The translations under genes were made by a program, and so were the position numbers. A stretch of 64,000 bases of DNA from Candidatus Latescibacterota bacterium (GTDB lineage Bacteria > Latescibacterota > UBA2968 > UBA8231). The notes beneath the pieces are model-generated. The model saw only the letters and a program-made list of their open reading frames with translations. It was not told the DNA's origin and did no database searches. The stretch spans positions 3,840,001 to 3,904,000 of the forward strand of contig CBDCDC010000002.1 of the NCBI GenBank assembly GCA_965215195.1. The letters are read 5' to 3'. Positions within the stretch are counted from its first letter, which is position 1, and every line of letters starts with the position of its first letter. This document shows positions 53,712 through 61,673 of the stretch, one piece after another.

Positions 53712-56279
53712 ATGGTCAGCGGAAAGTGCATACTGGCGCTGGGGTTGGGTCTGGGGTTGTGGGGGTTGGTGGGGGCGCAGAATCACGCCCTGCGCTCCGA
53801 CCACGTCGTCGTAAACACCCAACGGCACTGGAGTAACTGGGCCTTCGTCGAGGGGACGCTGGCTATCTCCGCTAGCGGGGAGCTCGCTCCAGCCTTCGTG
53901 CCCAAGGACCACAACGCCGTAACGGACATTGGCCAACACCTGCGGCGCATCGCCGATGACGCGACCATCCTCGACGCGATCGAAGCCGGTTCCAACGAGG
54001 CGGCGGTCGCCAACCTCTTCGATGGCGACGAAACGACCTATTGGGAGCCAGACCCGGACAGCCCGCTGCGGGACTGGTGGTTTCAAGTTGATATGGGCCG
54101 GTTGATCAATGCCACGCGCGTTGGGTTGCAATTTGCGCCCGAGGGGCAGGGCGATCCCTTTTTGCAGTTCGCAGTGCTGACGGCCGACAACGCCGATCAG
54201 GGCAACAAGATAGCGGGCAAGGTGCCCATGCACTTGGTGTACCGCACCCCAAGCGACAACAAAAACCAGCGCGAGTTCGAGTTCGACCTGAAGCGCGGGG
54301 AGCTAATCAACCCGGTCCCCGGGGTGGATTTCCAAGGCGATATGGTGCGCTTGGTGCAAGTCGTGGTCACCGAAAGCGATGGCGCACGCGCCGTTGAGGT
54401 GTCGGCCGAAGAATACGCGGCCTTGGCAAGCCAAGATCAGGGGGACGTGGTTTTCTACAAGCAAGTGGGGGAGGGAGAAGTAGAGGTCGAAGAGGCGATC
54501 TACGAGGCGATTGACCCGCAATTGCGCGGCGCGGTGCGCCATTACCGGCGAGAGCGGCCGCGCTTGGCCGAATTGGCCGTCTATGAATTGGGCAAGAACA
54601 TTTCGCAGGGCATGATCCTAGATCGCAATGGCAGCGCCGAAAGCTCCCACGAAGGGTCGGTGGGCAACCTAGTGGACGGGGAAGGCACCTATCTGACCTT
54701 CAATCTCAAAGCCTTTCAGACCGGGAACGTGGCATTCGGCGAGCGCTTTCTGGAGTTCGACTTGGGCGCTTCCTACTGGCTCGACACCGTGCAACTGTGG
54801 TACAACCTCAGCGTGGCGGGCGGGCGGCTGGCCGGAGCCAGTTTCCACCGCTACGAAATCAAGACTTCGGACGGCACCCCGGCCCCGGGCGGCGGGCGGC
54901 TGTGGGCGACGCCCGCACAGGTCCGCGGCCTAGGCACGGCGCATGAAGTCAACACCTTCGAGCCGACGCCGGCCCGCTTTGTGCGCATAGCCTATCCCTT
55001 TGCCAGCAGCGAATCGGGCCGCGAGGGGAATAAAGCGCGCCTCCGAGAAGTGCAGATCTACGGCGAAGGACACCATCCCGAGGTGGCGCTGGAGTCGGGA
55101 TTGATCCCATTGCAAGGGGCCAAGAGCTTGGTGTCCATCGAATGGGAGGCGGACGCGCCCCCGGGCACGTCCGTGCAAATCCAGACCCGCACCGGCAATG
55201 AGGTCGCCGAAGCGTACCGCTACTACGACAGCGGCGGCGTGGAAGTCTCGGCCGGCAAATACGAGAAGTTGGGCTTTTTCAAAAAGGGCCGGATCGACAC
55301 CCTGCAGGTGGCCGGCTCGGACTGGAGCAACTGGAGCGCGCCCTACGCGCGTTCCGGCGACCCCATTGCTTCGCCCAGCCCGCGTCAATACCTGACCTTG
55401 CGCGCCCGGCTTTCTACCACAGACCCAACGCACGCCGCCAGACTGCGCTCCATTCGCTTGAACTTCAATCCGCCAGTAGCCAAACAACTGCTAGGCGAAC
55501 TGGATATAGGGGTCTTTGCGCGCTTGGGTGCGCCGCAGGAGGTTGCGCTGTTTGTCAAGCCGATCTTCGCGCCGCAGGATTTGGGCTTTGACGAGGTACT
55601 GGTGCGCACCCCGCCGGATATGTCGCTCGAATTCGGCGCGCTGCGCTTGGGCAGCTTGGCGCAGTGGGAAAGCGGCCAAGCCGAAGAGTTGGCCGATGTG
55701 CAGGTGGTGGAGACGCGCTCGGACTCGCTCTATTTGCGCCTCAACCGGCTGGTACAGCAGGGCGGGCAGGTCGAGCTGATGGAGGTGCGGTTTACGACGG
55801 CCCTGTTTTCCCCCGGGGTGGTGCTCCAAGCGGCCCTGGGCAATTCGTCGTTGGCCAACTCGTGGCAACAGGTCGATCCCGCAGACGTGACCGAATTGGC
55901 CCAGAGTCAGGGGTTGCAGATCCTCGCTTCGGTGCAGGACAACAACGTGCTCGGCGACATAAGCGTCCAGCCAGCGGTAGTGACGCCCAACGGCGACGGG
56001 GTCAACGACGCCCTGACCATTGATTTTACCGTGCGTCGGCTGAGCGGCGTGCGCCCGGTCAAAGTGCGGCTCTACGACCTAGGCGGTCGGCTGGTGCGCC
56101 GACTCGATGCCCAGAAGCCCCTAGTGGCCGGAAAATACGCGCTCAACTGGGCAGCCGATGACCAGCAAGGACGGGTGGTGCCGCCCGGGATTTACATCTT
56201 GCGCATCGACATTGACGCGGATTCGCACCGCGGCGTGCGGCAAACGGGCGTTCAGCGCCTGCTGCACGTGGCGTATTGA
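53712..56279 (+). CDS. Secreted discoidin-like protein with FlgD-Ig/CHU_C-like C-terminal domain (paralog 2, two discoidin-like units)
   Basis: 'LFDGDETTYW...VDMGRL', 'FDLGASYWLD', 'SPSPRQYL'; CTD 'VTPNGDGVND...PPGIYILRI...LHVAY'. Confidence 0.75.
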   Translation: MVSGKCILALGLGLGLWGLVGAQNHALRSDHVVVNTQRHWSNWAFVEGTLAISASGELAPAFVPKDHNAVTDIGQHLRRIADDATILDAIEAGSNEAAVANLFDGDETTYWEPDPDSPLRDWWFQVDMGRLINATRVGLQFAPEGQGDPFLQFAVLTADNADQGNKIAGKVPMHLVYRTPSDNKNQREFEFDLKRGELINPVPGVDFQGDMVRLVQVVVTESDGARAVEVSAEEYAALASQDQGDVVFYKQVGEGEVEVEEAIYEAIDPQLRGAVRHYRRERPRLAELAVYELGKNISQGMILDRNGSAESSHEGSVGNLVDGEGTYLTFNLKAFQTGNVAFGERFLEFDLGASYWLDTVQLWYNLSVAGGRLAGASFHRYEIKTSDGTPAPGGGRLWATPAQVRGLGTAHEVNTFEPTPARFVRIAYPFASSESGREGNKARLREVQIYGEGHHPEVALESGLIPLQGAKSLVSIEWEADAPPGTSVQIQTRTGNEVAEAYRYYDSGGVEVSAGKYEKLGFFKKGRIDTLQVAGSDWSNWSAPYARSGDPIASPSPRQYLTLRARLSTTDPTHAARLRSIRLNFNPPVAKQLLGELDIGVFARLGAPQEVALFVKPIFAPQDLGFDEVLVRTPPDMSLEFGALRLGSLAQWESGQAEELADVQVVETRSDSLYLRLNRLVQQGGQVELMEVRFTTALFSPGVVLQAALGNSSLANSWQQVDPADVTELAQSQGLQILASVQDNNVLGDISVQPAVVTPNGDGVNDALTIDFTVRRLSGVRPVKVRLYDLGGRLVRRLDAQKPLVAGKYALNWAADDQQGRVVPPGIYILRIDIDADSHRGVRQTGVQRLLHVAY

Positions 56280-56298
56280 GCAGAGGAGCTAGTCGGCT

Positions 56299-58482
56299 GT
56301 GTTGAATCCGCGTGCGAAGGCGCTGGTGCTGGTATTGTTGGCGGTGCAAAATCTAGGGGCGGAACGCCGCGCCATTGTCTTGGGCGGCGAGGACGGGTTG
56401 GCGTGGGCGAGCGGCGGCGGGACTGTCGCGGCCTTAATACAAACCGACCCGACCGAGGTTGAGGTTAGCAATACCCCGGGCAATGTGCTCGAGTTTGACG
56501 CCGACGGCCGGGTGGGCTGGATGTCGCCGCAACGGGCGGATGAGACCGCGAATATCGCCTTGGGCCTCCTCGACCGCGGCGGTCGCCTCGGCGCACCGAC
56601 CATATTGTCGCAGGTCATAAAAGACCAGCTAATTTTTATGATCGACGACGACCCCACGACCGCGTTTGAGCGCAAGACAGCGCGCGGGGCGAGTCAGGTC
56701 AACTCGCTTGGGGTCATCATGGATTTCGACCTCGGTGCGCGGTTCGGGGTTGAGCGCATCCAGTTTTTCCCCCGCAACGCACATCCCGATTTTCTCGCCC
56801 CGGACTTCCCGTTCCAAAACGATTTTCTGCGGGGCTTTGAACTGCTGCTCAACGACGGCAGCGAAGAAACGCAGGTGGCCAATCAGCCGGTGCTGACCAC
56901 GGTTGAACTGGAGCCGGAAAACGAAGAGCCGGTCGTCGAACTGACCATCCCGCCGCAATACGTCCGCTATATCCGCCTGAAATCCCAGACCACCGTGGGG
57001 TTTGAGATTGCCGAATTCCGCGTCTTTGGGTCCGGTTTTGTGCCCCGCGCCGACTACCTTTCCAACATCTTCGACTTTGGCGAGGAACTAGCCCTGTGGG
57101 GGCGCATTCGCTGGGAGGAGGAGCACTTCGGCGTCGAACGCCTGTCGCGCTTGCTGATCAGTTCGCGCAGCGGCTGGGACGACACGCCGTTGGAATTCAC
57201 CCGTCAGCATCCAGACAGCGGGGAGGACGTGCCGTGGCGGGCGGGCGCGGTCGCGACCACGGCGACCGGCGATGCGGTTGACCTAGACGCCGTGGACGAT
57301 GTCCAAGAAGCGCTCGACCTCTTCAACGCCCTGCCCGTGGACGAGCGCAACCGGGTCGCGCTGACGCAGGACGAGTACGACGATTTGAAGAGTTCGGACA
57401 AAGGCGACGTGCGCGCCGACTTAGTCGCTTGGAGCCGCTGGTCGCCGCCGTATAAACTAACTGCGGGTGCTATAAACGACGATCAATTGGGCGCGCCCAT
57501 CCTCTCGCCCGGCCCCCGCCGCTACTTTCAGTTGAAGGCCGAATTCGCCAGCGAGGATTTGCAATCCGCCCGCGCCTTGGGGCCCCTCGCCTTTACGGTA
57601 TCGAACCCGCCGCTGACGGAGCGGATCATCAGCGAGGTCGTCCCGCGCCAAGTCGAACTGGGCGTTCCGGTGTCGTTCACCTATGCCGTCCTGCCGACCA
57701 AGATGCGCCGCGGCGTAGATTTGGGTTTCGACGTGTTCGAGATTGCCACGCCCGTGCGCGCCGCAGCGGTCGAGACCATTGAGGTGGTCCACGCCGATGG
57801 CCGAGTGCAAACGGCGGATTTCACCGGCATCGCCCTGACCGATTTGCCCGTCCAAGACGCCAGCGGCCTCTTTGCCGTAGAATCGGTGACCGAGCGGCAC
57901 CTGCGGGTGCGCTTTCCCACCATCGCGGAAAGCGATTTGACCGCCGGCCGGGCCGCCGTGCTCAAAATCCGCTTCAAGTGCCGAGTGCTGAGATTTGGCA
58001 CGACCTTTAGCGGCACCGCTTGGAACAGCACGACCGACGACCTCGGCCAGCGGGTCATCGGCGGCAATGCGGCCGATCTGGGGGCCGCGGACGACGATTT
58101 AATCCCCATCGGGGCGGCCGACCCGAATGACCTAGCGGTAAAAGTGCCGCTGGCCGGTGGCCGCCTCCTGATCAACGTCGCGGCCCAACCGCGGGTGTTC
58201 AGTCCCAACAAAGATGGGGTCAACGACGAGACGCGGATACACTGCGATCTGGTGCGGTTGGTCGATGCCGCGCCGCTTACCGTGCGCGTGTTCGATCTGG
58301 CCGGACACCGCGTCCGCACGCTCTTTGCCGGCGCACAAGGCGGCGGGAGTTTTTCCGCGCAGTGGGACGGCACGAATGCGGCGGGACAACAGGTGCCCCC
58401 GGGCATCTACCTCTTCCGCGTCAACTTGGCCACCGATGCCAAACGGGAAGCGGTCGTAGGTATCGTCGAGGTAGTTTATTAG
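56299..58482 (+). CDS. Secreted discoidin-like protein with FlgD-Ig/CHU_C-like C-terminal domain (paralog 3)
   Basis: 'IDDDPTTAF', 'FDLGARFGVERIQF', 'EIAEFRVFG', 'SPGPRRYFQ'; CTD 'FSPNKDGVND...PPGIYLFRV...VEVVY'. Confidence 0.75.
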   Translation: MLNPRAKALVLVLLAVQNLGAERRAIVLGGEDGLAWASGGGTVAALIQTDPTEVEVSNTPGNVLEFDADGRVGWMSPQRADETANIALGLLDRGGRLGAPTILSQVIKDQLIFMIDDDPTTAFERKTARGASQVNSLGVIMDFDLGARFGVERIQFFPRNAHPDFLAPDFPFQNDFLRGFELLLNDGSEETQVANQPVLTTVELEPENEEPVVELTIPPQYVRYIRLKSQTTVGFEIAEFRVFGSGFVPRADYLSNIFDFGEELALWGRIRWEEEHFGVERLSRLLISSRSGWDDTPLEFTRQHPDSGEDVPWRAGAVATTATGDAVDLDAVDDVQEALDLFNALPVDERNRVALTQDEYDDLKSSDKGDVRADLVAWSRWSPPYKLTAGAINDDQLGAPILSPGPRRYFQLKAEFASEDLQSARALGPLAFTVSNPPLTERIISEVVPRQVELGVPVSFTYAVLPTKMRRGVDLGFDVFEIATPVRAAAVETIEVVHADGRVQTADFTGIALTDLPVQDASGLFAVESVTERHLRVRFPTIAESDLTAGRAAVLKIRFKCRVLRFGTTFSGTAWNSTTDDLGQRVIGGNAADLGAADDDLIPIGAADPNDLAVKVPLAGGRLLINVAAQPRVFSPNKDGVNDETRIHCDLVRLVDAAPLTVRVFDLAGHRVRTLFAGAQGGGSFSAQWDGTNAAGQQVPPGIYLFRVNLATDAKREAVVGIVEVVY

Positions 58483-58490
58483 CGGATGGC

Positions 58491-58642
58491 CTTAGTACAC
58501 GACACCTAAAGTAGGCGACCCTTATTTTGAGTACGCCTTTTCTGCGGTTTCCGCTGGGTGCGGGATCGAGGGCGTCCCGCCCTCGACGAGGGCAAGATGC
58601 CCTCGATCCTTGGCAGGCTGAGGGCTGGTGGCGTGTAGTAAG
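58491..58642. mobile_element. MITE copy C (152 bp, longest)
   Basis: CTTAGTACACGAC ... GGCGTGTAGTAAG; TSD GCGGATGGC (58482-90 and 58643-51). Confidence 0.92.
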
Positions 58643-58674
58643 GCGGATGGCTTACTACACGACCCCCGCGACCC

Positions 58675-58830
58675 CCTGATTTCCTTTGGGAGCTGGATGA
58701 TGAACCATACTAACGTCGACCCCTTGGTTGACGAAGTGCGTAATGTGCGCAAGGCGATCTCTGAGACGTTTGACCAGTTGATAAGTTGTGTGACTACTTT
58801 CAGCATCAAGAGCGGGTCGTCAAGCCAGTA
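58675..58830 (+). pseudogene. Possible decayed PIN-toxin tail plus frameshifted small partner gene
   Basis: 'PDFLWELDDEPY*' overlapping 'MMNHTNVDPLVDEVRNVRKAISETFD', which continues in another frame as 'VDKLCDYFQHQER'. Confidence 0.4.
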
Positions 58831-58880
58831 CGGGGCCTTCTCGGAGGCGTCCGGCAGGGAAGAAGTGAGGGAGGATTTTG

Positions 58881-61673
58881 ATGGGCAGAACTAGGGGGAT
58901 ACTCGCGTGGTTGGTCCTCTTGGCATTGGTGTTGCCGGCGACCGCGGCGACCGGCCAGTCGCCGGACCGTCGTTTTGGGACCCAGCGCGGGGCGCAACTC
59001 ACCTTTGAGCCTCGCGGGCCGGGCGTCCTCTTCGATGCGCTCGATCCGGCGCTCAAGAAATGGTACGTGCCGCAGGAGCTATACGTGGATTACGGCTTTC
59101 GCCAGTGGGAGTACTCGAATTACGCCAGAGACCTGTACCAGCGCTACGTCAACACCAACCGCCAGGGCGGGCCGTTTTACGACTTGTACGGGAACTACCA
59201 GACTTGGGGCTGGCTGATTTTCGACTGGAACCAGACCCAACCGGGCCAATTCGGTTCGTCCATATACAAAGACCCCAAGTTCAATTCGTGGTTCAACGCG
59301 GTCACGGTCTCTTCCGATTCGCGCGATCAGTATTACTTGGCAATAACCATTGGCGAGCGCATCCGCACCGCCCTGACCCCGCTGACCTTTTCAAAGCCGC
59401 GTTTTAACGGCATCCAGATGGACTTTGCCGCGGACAAATACGAGGCCACGCTGTTGTTCTCCCGCGCCAGTGAGGCCATCCTCGGCACCACCCCCGAGCG
59501 CCAGCCCAGCGTCTCGACCAACGCGACCAATATGATGGGGGGCCGGGCCACGGCGCAGGTGGGGGATTTTGTCAAGATCGGCGCGACCATGGTAAACGCC
59601 CACAATGCGCAGACCTTGGCCGAGGCGTTTGAACGCAACCCGTTCATCGGCACCTTGGGCGCCGAGCAGGGCAGCGACCCAATCCGGGCCATCGCCGTGG
59701 TCCTGAGCGACGACTCCCCGGAAGACGGCCAAGGCGGCGCAGCCCTGTTTGCCCACGACATCATCATTACGGCCGAGGATTTCGACACCAAGAAGCGCAC
59801 GAAATTCCGCTTGCGCGAGGTGGTGGCCGATCCGACCAAGTGGCCGGTGATTACCGGCGGCTTCCCGCGCGAGGGTTTTTTGGCGGCCGACGGCGAGGAG
59901 CAGATCGTCATCAACTACGACTTCACGGACTTGGCGTATATTGGCCCGCGGCCGACCGAGATCGTCGATATCCAGTTCGATATAGTGGTGGCCAACGACT
60001 ACAAGATCCAGGTGTGGTCGGACCGCCAGATCGGGCGCGGCAGCCTGCCCAGCCCGCCGCTTACGGGCTTGGACTTGGCGCAAGCGGGGGCCGTGCTCTT
60101 TGACGTCCGCAGCGCCGCTGGCAATGTGACGGACAATTCAAACCAGCAGCGCGTCGTCTTCGACTACGGGCTGCCATCGGCGAACATGGTGTTTGGGTTT
60201 ACGATGGAAGTGTTGCAGCTAATGGGATTTGACGCCTATGCCGAGTACGACATCAATCGCGCCTACCTCCAGTACCCCAACCTCACGCTCGCCAACGCCG
60301 ATCGCAACCTGAGTACCCACGCGCGCGACGCGGCCGCTTGGATGATCAACGTTTCCAAACAGGCGTATCCGTTCTTCTTGTTCGGCGAAGCCTTCAGCAT
60401 GGATCCTTCCTACTCGACGACCGCGTTTATCGTGGATTCGGGCGGCAGCATCTACTACGACGACGAGCGCACTTCGGTCTATGAGTTCGTCGATGACAAC
60501 GACGACCAAGATCGCACGCCCGATTGGAGCCGCTGGGGCCAAGGCGGCCCGGACGCGATCGTCTTCCCAGGTTGGGACGAAAACAACGACTTTGTCTCGG
60601 ACTTCAACCAAAACGACAATATCTCCCTGAGCAATCGCATCCCGGATTACGAGGAGCCGTTTTTCCGCTACAACGTCGATCGGCCGGAATTCCTCTTTGG
60701 CGTTGACCTCAACAACAACAATTGGATCGACCGCTTTGAAAACGACGACTTGCCCGACTATCCCTATCGCCGCGACCACCAGGGCTACAACATGTACGTC
60801 GGCCAACACCTGACGCCCCACGCCCGCTTGACGGTGGGACGACTGCGCGAGGACGAGATCTCCTCCAACCGCCGCAACCACGTGACGTACGGCGTCTTCA
60901 CCTACGACCGCGACCACCCGCAGTGGGGCCGCTTGCGGTTTTTCAATTTCCTGAAAAAGGTCGCGGACGATATCCCCGACATCCGCCGCGAGCCCACGCC
61001 AGACCTGCAGACGGTCTCGCTGGCCCACGTCGAGGACATCCTGCCGGCGAGGGACACTTGGGTCAACGACAGCTACGTGCAATTCGATTACGCGCCGGTC
61101 GACGAGTTGAATGTCATCAACAAATTCAAATACAGTCTCTTCAGCCAGCGCGGTCAGGCGTTCAAAAGCGGCGATGCGCCCATTCTCAATGAACGCACGC
61201 GGTTTGTGGGTTTGATCAACAAGGCGGATTACACCTACCAGATCGGCCAACTCGTGCTGCAACCCAAGGTGAAAAGCGAATACCTCAACCAGACGGCCTT
61301 TTTGCCGGCCGATCCCGACCGCAAGGAGTGGATGGGGATCGGCATTGTGCAGGCGCGGCTGCCGGTGCTGAACAACTCCTTCCTCGAAAGCGGAGTGGAG
61401 TATTCGCTTTTCCGCGAGCTGGTCTTGGACGAAGACGCGTTGCTGGCCGATGGCCCGACCCAAGACACGGGCGATTTCCGCAATTTGGTCTTGGCCGTGC
61501 AGTGGACCACCCTCGGGCACTATCTCGGCTACAAGCTCACCACCCAGTTCGGCATTAGCTATACCAAGCGGTGGGACGAGGCGGTGGTGTTGGGGGCCGA
61601 GGGCCTAGTGAAGCAGAGCGAGAGCCGCTCCTTCGGCACCAGCTTTATTTCGGTGTACGCTGGTGTAGAATGA
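58881..61673 (+). CDS. Large secreted/outer-membrane protein of unknown function with acidic Ca-binding-like loops
   Basis: Signal peptide; 'DDSPEDG', 'DDNDDQD', 'DENNDFVSD', 'DLNNNNWID'; amphipathic β-strand-like C-terminus; GAGGAGG RBS. Confidence 0.8.
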   Translation: MGRTRGILAWLVLLALVLPATAATGQSPDRRFGTQRGAQLTFEPRGPGVLFDALDPALKKWYVPQELYVDYGFRQWEYSNYARDLYQRYVNTNRQGGPFYDLYGNYQTWGWLIFDWNQTQPGQFGSSIYKDPKFNSWFNAVTVSSDSRDQYYLAITIGERIRTALTPLTFSKPRFNGIQMDFAADKYEATLLFSRASEAILGTTPERQPSVSTNATNMMGGRATAQVGDFVKIGATMVNAHNAQTLAEAFERNPFIGTLGAEQGSDPIRAIAVVLSDDSPEDGQGGAALFAHDIIITAEDFDTKKRTKFRLREVVADPTKWPVITGGFPREGFLAADGEEQIVINYDFTDLAYIGPRPTEIVDIQFDIVVANDYKIQVWSDRQIGRGSLPSPPLTGLDLAQAGAVLFDVRSAAGNVTDNSNQQRVVFDYGLPSANMVFGFTMEVLQLMGFDAYAEYDINRAYLQYPNLTLANADRNLSTHARDAAAWMINVSKQAYPFFLFGEAFSMDPSYSTTAFIVDSGGSIYYDDERTSVYEFVDDNDDQDRTPDWSRWGQGGPDAIVFPGWDENNDFVSDFNQNDNISLSNRIPDYEEPFFRYNVDRPEFLFGVDLNNNNWIDRFENDDLPDYPYRRDHQGYNMYVGQHLTPHARLTVGRLREDEISSNRRNHVTYGVFTYDRDHPQWGRLRFFNFLKKVADDIPDIRREPTPDLQTVSLAHVEDILPARDTWVNDSYVQFDYAPVDELNVINKFKYSLFSQRGQAFKSGDAPILNERTRFVGLINKADYTYQIGQLVLQPKVKSEYLNQTAFLPADPDRKEWMGIGIVQARLPVLNNSFLESGVEYSLFRELVLDEDALLADGPTQDTGDFRNLVLAVQWTTLGHYLGYKLTTQFGISYTKRWDEAVVLGAEGLVKQSESRSFGTSFISVYAGVE

